DNA of 63,957 bases, counting the filler, from Octopus bimaculoides (Eukaryota): assembly GCF_001194135.2 (NCBI RefSeq). It is 8 parts of 7 records of this genome, joined end to end, with 100 filler letters (N's around TTAATTAATTAA, not from the genome) between each part and the next. Parts side by side here need not be neighbours in the genome. Positions count along the whole stretch, not along the records: positions 16,615 to 30,228 come from NC_068994.1; positions 30,329 to 43,595 come from NC_068984.1; 6 more parts are not named here. One strand, 5' to 3'. Under the pieces are notes generated by a model. It was not told the DNA's origin and searched no databases. It was given only the letters and a program-made list of their open reading frames with translations. The translations under genes and the position numbers were made by a program. This document shows, piece after piece, positions 23,436 to 35,916 of the stretch. How positions within the stretch are numbered: the first letter of the stretch is position 1; each line of letters starts with the position of its first letter.

Positions 23436-23532
23436 TTAACTATATATCTGTCTGTCTGTGTGTCTATCTATCTATCTATACACGCACACACGCACACACG
23501 CACACACACACACACACACCTACATAGTTGCA

Positions 23533-24345
23533 TACGTATATGGGATACCCAAAAGAAACTGGAATTTTGCATTATTATTTTATTCACTTACTTTTCCATG
23601 TTTACACGTTTATCACCTTCAATGTATCGGTCCAGACGCGTTTCCCATTGTTCAAAGCAGTCCTGGAACTCTTGCAAAGTGATGCCTTGTAACGTCTCCG
23701 TCGTTTTTTGTTTTCTTATCTTCACCTCTTCCACATCTGCCAAACGTTTTCCTTTAAGGACTTTTTCATTCAGGGGAACAAAAAAAAAAAAAGTCACAAG
23801 GAGCAAGAGCGGGTGAATAGGGAGGGTGTGTAAGCGGGGTCATGTCATTTTAAGCCAAAAAGTGTCTCACACTGAAGGAGGTCTGTGTAGGTGCATTATC
23901 GTGATGCAACCACCATCCTCCATTTTGTCACAGGTCCGGGCGATTTCGTCTCACCACTCGCAAACGCTTCTGAACTTCCAAGTAAAAAGGCTGGTGAACA
24001 GTTTGACCAATAGGAAGAAATTCTGTGTAGACAATTCCTTTCACATCTATGAAACAAATCAGCATCGTTTTGACACTGGACTTCACTTGACCCACTTATT
24101 GTGGGGCGTGGTGACATTAAATGCTTTCATTGTTGTTTCATTTCCGGTTTGTAACTGTAGTAACAGCTTTCATCACCAATGATGACCTTCGAAAAAAATG
24201 TCCGGGTCAACTTCCAACCGTTCTTTCAGTTCCCGACACACATTCGGTTGTCACTGCTTTTGATCTTCCGTGAGTAAACGAAGCACGAATTTTGCTGCAA
24301 CTCTTTTCATTCGCAATTCCTCGTTCAAAATTCGCTCCAGGAATT
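23533..24345 (-). mobile_element. Decayed mariner transposase C-terminal half plus terminal repeat
   Basis: Minus-strand fragments SKVIIGDES, WLHHDNAP, HPPYSPALAPCDFFF, LKGKRLADVEEVK, FQDCFEQWETRLDRYIEGD match the mariner DD34D catalytic domain, with frameshifts and stops; probable TIR near 23533-23570. Confidence 0.92.
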
Positions 24346-24352
24346 ATTCTTT

Positions 24353-24480
24353 GTAAGCCTAGTACTTAGTCTATCGGTCTCTTTTTGCCGAACCGCTAAG
24401 TTACGGAGATGTAAACACACCAAGATCGGTTGTCAAGCGATGATGGGGGGGGGGGACAAACACAGACACACAAGCACATA
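24353..24480 (-). mobile_element. SINE family B fragment abutting the mariner remnant
   Basis: gtaagcctagtacttagtctatcggtctctttttgccgaaccgctaagttacgg... is the reverse complement of 41050-41150. Confidence 0.85.
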
Positions 24481-25842
24481 CACACCTATATATATAAACT
24501 TAGATAAACTTAGATATGTTTCGACCAAAGATTGGTCCATGTCTAACTTAATAGNNNNNNNNNNNNNNNNNNNNNNNNNNNNNNNNNNNNNNNNNNNNNN
24601 NNNNNNNNNNNNNNNNNNNNNNNNNNNNNNNNNNNNNNNNNNNNNNNNNNNNNNNNNNNNNNNNNNNNNNNNNNNNNNNNNNNNNNNNNNNNNNNNNNNN
24701 NNNNNNNNNNNNNNNNNNNNNNNNNNNNNNNNNNNNNNNNNNNNNNNNNNNNNNNNNNNNNNNNNNNNNNNNNNNNNNNNNNNNNNNNNNNNNNNNNNNN
24801 NNNNNNNNNNNNNNNNNNNNNNNNNNNNNNNNNNNNNNNNNNNNNNNNNNNNNNNNNNNNNNNNNNNNNNNNNNNNNNNNNNNNNNNNNNNNNNNNNNNN
24901 NNNNNNNNNNNNNNNNNNNNNNNNNNNNNNNNNNNNNNNNNNNNNNNNNNNNNNNNNNNNNNNNNNNNNNNNNNNNNNNNNNNNNNNNNNNNNNNNNNNN
25001 NNNNNNNNNNNNNNNNNNNNNNNNNNNNNNNNNNNNNNNNNNATGTATATATATACATATATATATACATATATATATACGTATGTATGTATTTATGTAT
25101 CTATATGTAATACATACATACATACGTACATACATATATATATATATATATACAACCAATTACATCATATACATTTGCCTAAATGCAGAACAAACACATT
25201 TAAACGAGATCACACACACAGAGGCACACACACAAACACACACACATAGATACATACACACATACATACATACATACATGCATACATGCACACATACATA
25301 CACGCCAGTGTTATTCTGTTTCAGCTACTTCACGCTGTTTACAATTATTTGAGCAGATTATGTTTCTAATTAGCTGTTATTGTTGTTACTAACGGTGGTG
25401 GTAGTGTCGGTGGTGTTGGTAGTGGTGGTGACAGCAGCGGTAGTGGTAATGGTGGTGGTGCTGGTGTTGATAGTGGTAATGGTGGTATTAGTGGTGGTGG
25501 TGGCGAGTGTGTAGTTGCTTTTCTGCAACACTTTAGCTCTGGTCGTTCCAGACATGACCATCGCGTATTATTATGTATGTCACGAAAAATTGTGGTGGTA
25601 GTTGCAGTGGTTGTGGTGATAGTTGCGGTGGTTGTAGTAGTGGTGAAGGCTGATGAAGGTGGTGGTTGCGGGGCAAAATTTGCTTTGTTTTATTTGTTTA
25701 ACTCTAGGATTACCATGATCGAAATGACTTATGATGAAAGACCTTCCAACTATCATGACCACCACTACCACCACCACCACCAACACTAGTACTTGTTCCA
25801 TCACAACCGCTATTATTTTATTATCATTTTTTCCTGACATGC

Positions 25843-26650
25843 GTGGTCTGATTAATATGTAACCGAACTTTGGCCATAGTAACCAAACTAAACCACGCAG
25901 AGTGAAGCCGCTTGGTACAGATTGACCTTGAACTCTGCTGTGCATGCGCACTAAGATTTAATGTTCTAGCTCACTTCTGCTGTTTACAGCAGTGCTTGGA
26001 AGGAATATGTGTAGCGTGTGATCGTCGCATTGACCATGACAGAGAAAGTTGAGCAGTGAATCTGCATCAAATTTTGCCAAAAGCATGGCTATCCCTGCTC
26101 AGTTCCCATCGTTCTCGACACAATCAAGGAGATATTGTGCAACTGAAACCCGAGTGTTTTTTTGGTCAGCTGAAAGCAGTTTTGGCACAAACTTGGCAGA
26201 CACGTGTCTCATACCCAATTGTTTTCAGTGAGAATGGACTGAGGTAAACCGTAACTAATCTGCACATCCTCTGGTAATTCACGGATGGCGATTCAACGAT
26301 TTGTCCTCACAGCTGCATGCACATCTGCGATGCTTTTCACAGTTCTGCTGGTTGCGGGTCTCTCACAACGTTCTCCATTATCAACATTTCTTCGGCCATC
26401 TTGGAAATATCTGAAACACTCGTACATTTGTGTGCAACTCATACACTCCTCACCATACACTTTCTGCAACTTTGCGTTGGCCTCTGAGCAGGTAATCGCC
26501 ATGACAACTTTCTCTGTTACGGTCAATGCGTCGATCACACGCTACACATGTTCCTTCCAACCACTGCTGTAAGCACCACAAGTGAGCTCGAATGATAAAC
26601 TTAGTGCGCGTGCTCAGCAGAGGTCAAGGTCAACCTATATCAAGTGGCTT
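25843..26650 (-). mobile_element. Second copy of the 12778-13654 mariner MITE, opposite orientation
   Basis: Same arms (gtggtctgat..., ctctgctgtgcatgcgcactaag, tagcgtgtgatcgtcg) and the same HTH remnant CSEANAKLQKVYGEECMSCTQMYECFRYFQDGRRNVDNGERCERPATS; distal right TIR missing. Confidence 0.88.
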
Positions 26651-26939
26651 CAGAATGTGATGATTGTTGTTGAACCCCAGGTCAACCACGACCCAGTAGA
26701 CGTATGATCAAAAGCGTTCCAACCGCGACTGTTCACTATTATTCCTTCCTATATGCATGGAAACTAGAGCCGCATTATCCCCCGTATACTTTTCTGAGAC
26801 GGTTATACGAGATTTGAGTTATATTTGACTGTTGTTTTTAGCTGGCTGAATAAGTAGGTAGTCTTCCGAATGTATCGAGTTTGTGATATTAGAATAGCTG
26901 TTATGGTTGGTAGTTGTGTTGGGGCTGTTGTTGTTGGTG

Positions 26940-26945
26940 TCTGTG

Positions 26946-26981
<36 letters not shown>

Positions 26982-27019
26982 ATGGTGGTGGTGGTGGTCG
27001 TGGTGGTAGCGGTGACAAT

Positions 27020-27054
<35 letters not shown>

Positions 27055-27066
27055 TAGTAGTAATGT

Positions 27067-27097
<31 letters not shown>

Positions 27098-27380
27098 GAT
27101 GGTGGTGGTCGTGGTGGTAGCGGTAGTAGTAGGAGTAGTAGTAGTAGGATGTGGTTGATGATAGTGGTAGTGGTAGTGGTAGTACTAGGGTGTGTTGGTG
27201 TGGTGGTAGTGGTGGTGCTAAACGTTTGTGTCGATGTGACGGTTGTGATTATGGACGTTGTAGTAGTAGTAGTAGTAGTAGTAGTAGGAGGAGGAGGAGG
27301 AGGAGGAAGTGAGGAGGAGTTGTAGTAACGGCGGCGGTGGTGGTGGTGGTGGTGGTGGTTGTGGCAGTAGTGGTGATAGT
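26940..27380. repeat. (GTA/GGT/GCA)n trinucleotide tract with an internal higher-order duplication
   Basis: agtagtagtgatggtggtggt..cgtggtggtagcggt repeated at about 26975 and 27090. Confidence 0.85.
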
Positions 27381-28250
27381 AACAGCAGTAATGGCGTCGG
27401 TTTGAGGTGGTGACAGTGGATATGATAGCAGTAGAAATGACAGTGGATATTGNNNNNNNNNNNNNNNNNNNNNNNNNNNNNNNNNNNNNNNNNNNNNNNN
27501 NNNNNNNNNNNNNNNNNNNNNNNNNNNNNNNNNNNNNNNNNNNNNNNNNNNNNNNNNNNNNNNNNNNNNNNNNNNNNNNNNNNNNNNNNNNNNNNNNNNN
27601 NNNNNNNNNNNNNNNNNNNNNNNNNNNNNNNNNNNNNNNNNNNNNNNNNNNNNNNNNNNNNNNNNNNNNNNNNNNNNNNNNNNNNNNNNNNNNNNNNNNN
27701 NNNNNNNNNNNNNNNNNNNNNNNNNNNNNNNNNNNNNNNNNNNNNNNNNNNNNNNNNNNNNNNNNNNNNNNNNNNNNNNNNNNNNNNNNNNNNNNNNNNN
27801 NNNNNNNNNNNNNNNNNNNNNNNNNNNNNNNNNNNNNNNNNNNNNNNNNNNNNNNNNNNNNNNNNNNNNNNNNNNNNNNNNNNNNNNNNNNNNNNNNNNN
27901 NNNNNNNNNNNNNNNNNNNNNNNNNNNNNNNNNNNNNNNNNNNNNNNNNNNNNNNNNNNNNNNNNNNNNNNNNNNNNNNNNNNNNNNNNNNNNNNNNNNN
28001 NNNNNNNNNNNGTGGTGGTGGTGGGGGTGGCGGCGTCGTCGATGTAGGTTATTACCATTACTGTCATTACCGATCGCGCTGAGTTAGACATTCCTGTTTG
28101 ACGGTTGGCCGCCATGGTGTTGCTTTTAATTGCTAATTAAGGATCAACGCTGCCGCCGTCAACGTCGCTATCATTGCTGCTGCTGCTGCTGCTGCTGCTG
28201 TTGTTGTTGTTGTTTTTGCTGTCGTCATCATTGCTGTTGATTCCGCTCCC

Positions 28251-28286
<36 letters not shown>

Positions 28287-28649
28287 TCTCTCACGGTTCT
28301 TCTTCAGTGATATCTGATTGGTGCTGCCGGATATCTAATTATGAAGCATTATTACTCTAATTGCCGTTGTTGATGTTGTTGTTGTTGTTGTTGGTACTTA
28401 GTGTTTTGTTTTTCTCCTGGTGTTTCTCTTACAGTTTGTCATTTAAAAGTCACCATTGTTTTTGTTGTTGTTGTCATCGTCGTCGTCGTCGTCGTTGTAG
28501 ACGTCGATGCTGCTGTTGCTGTTTACTTCCAACTTAAACCTGATCTAGCTGCAGAACTATGACGAAAAATGTTCCAACCGTGACCATCTTGTTCTATTTA
28601 TTTATTTATTTATTCATTTATTCATTCAACCCTAGGAGCATGACACTGA

Positions 28650-29014
28650 GTATTTCGTCCTTCGTCCAGCGAACTAACGATTCTGCCAGCTCGCCATCTT
28701 GCTTAATAATGGTTTCAAATTTTGCCACAAGGGCAGCTTGCTGGAGGTGGGGATGAGTCGATTACAAATTCAACTGGTACTTCTTTTATCAATCCCAAAA
28801 GGATGAAAGCAAAGTCGACCTCGACGGAATTTGAACTCAGGACGTAGCAACGGACGAAATACCACTAAGCATTTCGTCCGGCGTGCTAACGACTCTGACA
28901 GACAGTTCGCTGCCTTGCATAATAATAAAAATAATTTCTACTAAAGGCACAAGGCCTGAAATTTGAGGGGAGGAGACTAGTCGATTACATCGATGGCAGT
29001 GTTTCACGGGTACC
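28650..29014 (-). mobile_element. Cluster of SINE family A pieces (head 28650-28697, full copy 28718-28914, tail 28935-29014)
   Basis: Reverse-complement matches to the family A head ggcagcgaactg..cgttagcacgccggacgaaatgcttag and to its tail. Confidence 0.8.
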
Positions 29015-29477
29015 NNNNNNNNNNNNNNNNNNNNNNNNNNNNNNNNNNNNNNNNNNNNNNNNNNNNNNNNNNNNNNNNNNNNNNNNNNNNNNNNNNNNNN
29101 NNNNNNNNNNNNNNNNNNNNNNNNNNNNNNNNNNNNNNNNNNNNNNNNNNNNNNNNNNNNNNNNNNNNNNNNNNNNNNNNNNNNNNNNNNNNNNNNNNNN
29201 NNNNNNNNNNNNNNNNNNNNNNNNNNNNNNNNNNNNNNNNNNNNNNNNNNNNNNNNNNNNNNNNNNNNNNNNNNNNNNNNNNNNNNNNNNNNNNNNNNNN
29301 NNNNNNNNNNNNNNNNNNNNNNNNNNNNNNNNNNNNNNNNNNNNNNNNNNNNNNNNNNNNNNNNNNNNNNNNNNNNNNNNNNNNNNNNNNNNNNNNNNNN
29401 NNNNNNNNNNNNNNNNNNNNNNNNNNNNNNNNNNNNNNNNNNNNNNNNNNNNNNNNNNNNNNNNNNNNNNNNNNNNT

Positions 29478-29784
29478 TTCGGGGTCGATAAATTTAGTAC
29501 CAGCGAAACGCTCGGGTCGATGTAGTCGACTAGTCCCCACCCTACAAATTTGAAGCCTTGTGCCACCAGTAGAAAAGATTGTTGTTATCATCAAAGCGGT
29601 GAGCTAGCAGGGTCGTTAGAGCGCCGAGCAAAATATTTGGCGGTATTTCGTCCGCCCTTACGCTCTAAGTTCAAATTCCACCGAGGTCGACTTTGCCTTT
29701 CATCCTCTCGGGGTCGATAAAATAACTACCAGCTGATCACTGGGGTCGACGTAATCGACTAACGATTCCGCCAGCTCACCGCCT
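29478..29784 (+). mobile_element. SINE family A tail (29478-29577) and a copy (29594-29760) capped by an inverted head (29759-29784)
   Basis: Direct alignment to 36789-37022; the terminal 26-nt arms match 21/26 in inverted orientation. Confidence 0.8.
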
Positions 29785-30168
29785 GATATTGCCGATGTGA
29801 TATGCGCACACATGCCAGTGTGCTCCACACGATTTTTCCCACCGGATACATATATGGTGTTGCCTTGTGGAGCAACACACTGTACTTAGACGACATGCTG
29901 TGATTGCTAGACAGACATGTAGGTGAATAATGCTATTGACTTAACGTCCACAGCGGTCATCGACCTGGTCAGCAGAAACACACCAAACACCTCTTACCTC
30001 TCTACCTCAAACTGACCGACATATCCTCTTCTTTCTTTCTTTCTTTCTTTCTTTCTTTCCTTCTTGTCTCTAAATCTCTTTTCTCTCGCTTTTATTCCCG
30101 CTCAACCATCAGAGACTCTGTCTGTCTCTGTGTTTCTCTCTTTCTCTCTCTCTTTCTCTCTCCCTCTT

Positions 30169-30209
<41 letters not shown>

Positions 30210-30328
30210 TTCTCTCTCTCTCTCTCTCNNNNNNNNNNNNNNNNNNNNNNNNNNNNNNNNNNNNNNNNNNNNTTAATTAATTAANNNNNNNNNNNNNNNN
30301 NNNNNNNNNNNNNNNNNNNNNNNNNNNN

Positions 30329-30510
30329 CCAACCACCACCACCACCACCACCACCATGACAACAATGGTAACAGCAGCAATAATTGTAGCAACAGTAGTA
30401 GGAGTGGTATTAGTAGTGGCAGTGGAAGCAGAAGTAGCAACAACTGGAGTGATAGTGGCAGTAAGAGTAAGGATAGTACTAAGTGTAGTAATACTAGTAA
30501 CAGCAGCAAC

Positions 30511-30541
<31 letters not shown>

Positions 30542-30663
30542 AAAGAAGAAATAGCGGCAGTAATGATTTGTGGTAGAAGTAGTAGTAGTAGTAATGGTGG
30601 TAGTGGTAGTAATAGTAATAGCAGCGGCAGTTGTGATTTGTAGTAGTAGAAGTTGTGGTATTG

Positions 30664-30697
<34 letters not shown>

Positions 30698-31020
30698 AAA
30701 TAGCGGCAGTAATGATTTGTGGTAGTAGTAGTAGTAGCAGTAGTAGTAGTAGTAGTGGTGGTGGTGGTGGTAGTGGTGGTAGTTATGCTTTAGCTGCTCA
30801 AGCAACTGGCGCAAGAACGACAACGATGGAAGCGAGCTTTGGCGGGATCTGTTACCGCGTTAAATGCACGTGAGCCGGAAGTCGTTGTTACTGTTGATGC
30901 TGTTGTTGTTGTTGTAGTTGATGATTCTACCGTTGTTGTGGTAGATAATGATGTTATTGTTATTGTAATTGTTGTTTTAGTTGTTGTTGTTGTTGTTGTT
31001 GTTGTTGTTACTGCTCAAGT
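30329..31020. repeat. Compound (GTA/GGT/GTT)n low-complexity tract with duplicated gaaatagcggcagtaatgatttgtggtag unit
   Basis: Direct inspection. Confidence 0.85.
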
Positions 31021-31118
31021 TTAATGACGTCAGAATGAATCATTTGTAATGCAGTCTCGGTATTTTATCTCCAAGGTAACAATCTATATGTTCAGTGGGG
31101 TGAAGGAGAGAGAAAGGC

Positions 31119-31162
<44 letters not shown>

Positions 31163-31433
31163 GGAGAGAGGAGAGAGAGAGGGGAGAGAGAGAGTGAGAG
31201 AAAGAAAGTGAGAGAGAGAAAGCGGGAGTGATAGTAAAAAGACGAAGAAAGACAGAGTAGGGAGAGATAGTGCAGAGTGAGAATATATAGAGAGAGAGTG
31301 GGAGAGAATATAGAGTGAGTAGAGGAGAGAGAGAGAAGGGGAGAAAAAGTGGTAGAAGAAAGAAAGATAAAGTGTATAGTAAAGAAAGAGACGAGAGAGT
31401 TGAGAATAGGAGTGAGAAATGAGCGTGCAGATT

Positions 31434-31469
<36 letters not shown>

Positions 31470-31630
31470 GCGTTAGAATTTACATAAAATATAGATGATT
31501 ATATAGATAATGTAGCGTTACGTATGAAAAGGCGAGTGGGAGGCACAGATAAATAAACAACTTATGCTTACTTCCTAAAATAACCCTCCAAATAAAAGTA
31601 ACCCGATGAGCTTCTGATCACTCTTCCGTT

Positions 31631-31900
31631 CAGGGCCAGATTAAGACTCGTAAAAGCCCTAAGCACTTAAAAAATTTTGGTGCCCCTCTATAATATATAA
31701 CTCGAAATATAAACAATAATAAACCATAAAATAAATTATTTTTCGCAGTGAAACAAAACTAACAGCGAGATAGAAAAGAATGTTTATTTTTGTATACTTC
31801 CATTTTATATTTGAGAAGTTTTCTCCTACTTTTTTTTTAATTGCATAATCTTTGATCAAATCCTCACTATGACACCATGAACGCTTCGAAATTATATTTC
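31631..31900 (-). mobile_element. Probable hAT transposon 3' end remnant
   Basis: cagggccagattaagac at 31631 resembles a hAT TIR; minus-strand HSEDLIKDYAIKKK resembles the end of the hAT dimerisation domain. Confidence 0.4.
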
Positions 31901-32639
31901 CGATAGTATAAACAACTTCGAATATTATTTTAGCAAATTTAAAATGAAATCGTTTACTATTTTTTAAGGGTAAAAATAAAGCATGAGCGAGCACGGGTCT
32001 TGTGCAGAACAAACATCACCGATCTGACTGTTACCTGTATTCTTGTCAAGAGATGCCAGTAAGTTTTTTTACACTTACCAGGCTCGTTCATATTAGCCCG
32101 AGATGCTGGATAATTTTTCGTTCCTTTAAGAATATTGTAGAACGGAAACTTTTCATAAATTGCAATTTAAATCCTAATCTCTATAGAAATTTATATATAT
32201 TTGTTTTCTCCTCTCTTTAATTTTATATACATATTATATATATANNNNNNNNNNNNNNNNNNNNNNNNNNNNNNNNNNNNNNNNNNNNNNNNNNNNNNNN
32301 NNNNNNNNNNNNNNNNNNNNNNNNNNNNNNNNNNNNNNNNNNNNNNNNNNNNNNNNNNNNNNNNNNNNNNNNNNNNNNNNNNNNNNNNNNNNNNNNNNNN
32401 NNNNNNNNNNNNNNNNNNNNNNNNNNNNNNNNNNNNNNNNNNNNNNNNNNNNNNNNNNNNNNNNNNNNNNNNNNNNNNNNNNNNNNNNNNNNNNNNNNNN
32501 NNNNNNNNNNNNNNNNNNNNNNNNNNNNNNNNNNNNNNNNNNNNNNNNNNNNNNNNNNNNNNNNNNTGACATAGGAATAAATTTCAATAATAATGGATAT
32601 TAGCGTCAAAACTCTCTTTGTATATATATATATATATAT

Positions 32640-32940
32640 AAGATAAACAAGAGTGAAAAAACTACAGAAGGCTTGTGTTACATGGTTGAAGTATATATTT
32701 AAATTATGTCAGAAAAATGTTATAAAATTTTTTTGGTATATAAACATTGTATTTGGAGAAATAACCGGTTTCGTGTTGTCTTTTCAAATTTCTCTACTTC
32801 ATGGTAACATGTCCTCGCTCCCGTGTATAAAAAATAGAGTTCTAGATAGGGGGAGGTAATTAGGGATTTCTTCCGGTATAAGGGAGATAATTGAAATGTA
32901 GAAGGTGGTAGATTTTGATTAATTTGTCATGGTTTGGTTT
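32640..32940 (-). mobile_element. Short (TA)n-flanked repeat family P1 with hammerhead (second copy 47205-47512)
   Basis: About 300 bp shared with 47205-47512, with substitutions and indels outside the ribozyme; (TA)n on both sides. Confidence 0.85.
32756..32794 (-). ncRNA. Minimal type I hammerhead ribozyme, U3-A8 core variant
   Basis: Minus strand GAGAAAT-TTGAAAA-G(ACAACA)C-GAAA-CCGG-T-T-ATTTCTC: perfect 7-bp stem I, palindromic ACCGGT stem III, 1-bp stem II, GUU site. Confidence 0.7.
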
Positions 32941-33503
32941 AGAAGGAATACTATATATATATATATATATATGATATCGTCGAAGGATTCAAACAAAAAC
33001 ATTGGAAAGAAAATTGAAAAGTCGATGCTATACAAAATCCTTTGATTTGTATCGAGTTACAACACTGCCTTTTGACTCTGTCAGAAATGTAGTGAACCAA
33101 TAACTGGTTCGTGAGGAATCTGTAACCAAGGAAGATATTGGTTGCCAAACTACGATATAAATAAAATTAGAATTTAAAGTTGCAATCTGTCATTTATATG
33201 GCAGGGTCACTAGGATAGACATTTTCCTAGATTCCAGAGCGTTTAAGCAACTGAAACATCACGAAATGACCGCCAGTCCATCACAGAGATATCGCTCTTG
33301 CTGCTGATATATATTTTCAGATGACTGATCTAGTGGAACGGTCAGGGAGTCGATCTTAGTCGAAATGAAATGGATAAATTTAATTGCCTATTTTACATGC
33401 AGCTGCCTCGTTAAAGCTATTCACAAAAGCATGAATTCCACAGCCTCAACTATTTTCTATCGATATCTGTCATGTATATATATATATATATCCGGCATTC
33501 GCC

Positions 33504-33700
33504 ATGATAGATCGCTGACCACTACATTTATATTTTTTTCTCCTTGTTTTTCTCCTTATTTCTTTGTGTTCCTTTCAGTTAAAGAGTGTAGCTCGAAACG
33601 TTAAAGACTTTCTCTATTCCCGAGCGTTAAACTAATACATCCATTTGTTGTTTATACCACCTGTCCTCGTCTGTTGTTGTTTTTTTCGCAAGTTCTCCTA
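33504..33700 (+). mobile_element. Diverged copy of repeat family P2
   Basis: Aligns to 22116-22316; hammerhead core decayed to CAGTTAA (33572-33607) while GAG.GTA-GCTC-GAAACGT is kept. Confidence 0.8.
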
Positions 33701-33765
33701 TATATATATAGTGCAATATAATATATTTTATAACGATGAGTTTTCCTAGACATGTAAATATATTT

Positions 33766-34112
33766 TGACGGCGTTCAAATCTCGCCGAGGTCGACTTTAC
33801 CTGTCATCCTTTCTGGGTCGATAGAATAAGTATTGGTTTCAGTATTGAGGTCGATTTAATCGACCAGCCCCTTACCGAACTTGCCAAAATTTGACATCAA
33901 TTGACTTTTGCACACCGAGGAAAATGCTTAGCCTCTTTACGTTCTGGCTTCAAACTCCGTCAAGTTCAACTTTGCCTTTCATCTTTTCAGGGTCGATAGA
34001 ATAAGTACCAGTCAAGCACTAGGATTGGTAAAATAAGTACCAGTCAAATACTGGGGTCAATGTAATACGCTAGACCCATCCCGGAAATTTCAGGCCTTAT
34101 GCCTACAGTAGG
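33766..34112 (+). mobile_element. Two diverged SINE family A copies (33766-33885, 33915-34112)
   Basis: gttcaaatctcgccgaggtcgactttacctgtcatcc...; second copy ends aaatttcaggccttatgcctacagtag. Confidence 0.75.
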
Positions 34113-34122
34113 ATGGAATATT

Positions 34123-34535
34123 CTTTTCTACTTTAGCACAAGTCCCGAAATTTTGGGGGAAGTGGCCAGTCGATTATATCGACCCCAGTACGCAACTAAT
34201 ACTTAATTTATCGACCCCGAAATGATAAAAGGCAAAGTCGAGTTCGGCGGAATTTGAACTCAGAACGTAAAGACAGATGAAATACTGCTTAGCATTTCGC
34301 TCGGCGTGCTAATGTTTCTTATTTCTTTATTGCTCACAAGGGGCTAAACATAGAGGGGACAAACAAGGACAGACAAAGGGATTAAGTCGATTACATCGAC
34401 CCCAATACGTAACTGGTACTTAATTTATCGACCTCGAAAGGATGAAAAGCAAAGACGACCTCTTCAGAATTTGAACTCAGAATGTAAAGACAGACGAAAT
34501 GCCGCTAAACATTTCGGCGTATTAACGTTTCTGCA
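34123..34535 (-). mobile_element. SINE family A dimer (A1 then clipped A2), same architecture as 19480-19907
   Basis: Reverse complement ...gcaataaagaaataagaaac|attagcacgccgagcgaaatgc... Confidence 0.9.
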
Positions 34536-34991
34536 ANNNNNNNNNNNNNNNNNNNNNNNNNNNNNNNNNNNNNNNNNNNNNNNNNNNNNNNNNNNNNNNN
34601 NNNNNNNNNNNNNNNNNNNNNNNNNNNNNNNNNNNNNNNNNNNNNNNNNNNNNNNNNNNNNNNNNNNNNNNNNNNNNNNNNNNNNNNNNNNNNNNNNNNN
34701 NNNNNNNNNNNNNNNNNNNNNNNNNNNNNNNNNNNNNNNNNNNNNNNNNNNNNNNNNNNNNNNNNNNNNNNNNNNNNNNNNNNNNNNNNNNNNNNNNNNN
34801 NNNNNNNNNNNNNNNNNNNNNNNNNNNNNNNNNNNNNNNNNNNNNNNNNNNNNNNNNNNNNNNNNNNNNNNNNNNNNNNNNNNNNNNNNNNNNNNNNNNN
34901 NNNNNNNNNNNNNNNNNNNNNNNNNNNNNNNNNNNNNNNNNNNNNNNNNNNNNNNNNNNNNNNNNNNNNNNNNNNNNNNNNNNNNNNNNNN

Positions 34992-35031
<40 letters not shown>

Positions 35032-35604
35032 CACATACACACACACGAATTTCTACATAATTGTATCTGTATACATGCTTGTATGTGTGAGTGTATATAT
35101 ATATATGCACATATACATATGTATATATGTATGAATGTATTTGTATGTATGCATGTATGTATGTATGTTTCTATGTACGTATGTACCTACGTATTACGTA
35201 CGTCTTTTCTTCTCTCTAATTCCCGAAAGCGGTGAGTGATGACGGAAGCTTGCTTATTACAAATAAAGAAAACATGCTTGTCGGCGCTTTTTACAGACAC
35301 CCGCCATATACACTCTAACGTCTGTGATATAAATAGCCTCTGTTTCTATATTTGGTGAAGAAGCACTCTGTTGTTTGATAAAAATAGCTGCGGCGCAGTT
35401 TATTTCTGGATTCTTGGGTCTTGCTTATAATTTTCTTGGTGCTTTTCTTGTTGTTGTTGTTGTTGGTGTTTTTCTTTTTGCTGTTGCTGGTGTTGGTAGG
35501 TGGGGTATAGACGTTGTTGGTGATGCTCTCTCGGTAGTCAAGGTTGCAAGAGATACACATGTTTATTTTATAAAACGGATGTCTGTATGTGTATGGATGA
35601 ATAA

Positions 35605-35654
<50 letters not shown>

Positions 35655-35916
35655 GCTTGTGTCTTGCGTAAGAAAATGAGAATGTAATGAATTAATGTCT
35701 GGCGTTTTTTCTGGATAAGCGGAAAAATATCGGCGGAATTTTATAGTAATATAAAATGAATAAATACTGTTGACTCATACACATACATTACATGCATATA
35801 TACATCAATGCACACATACATAAATACTACGCACACACAAACACACACACGCGCGCACACATATATACACATAGATACATAGGCACATACATATGTATGT
35901 ACATACACCTATAACA

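Noticed and set aside
29816-29882. Pre-miRNA-like hairpin cagtgtgctccaca...tgtggagcaacacactg
   Set aside because: Only about 14 bp pair, with a bulge and a large unpaired interior; not the continuous stem expected of a pre-miRNA.
31659-32012. 117-aa minus-strand ORF as a host gene
   Set aside because: AT-rich low-information sequence; better explained as a hAT end remnant.
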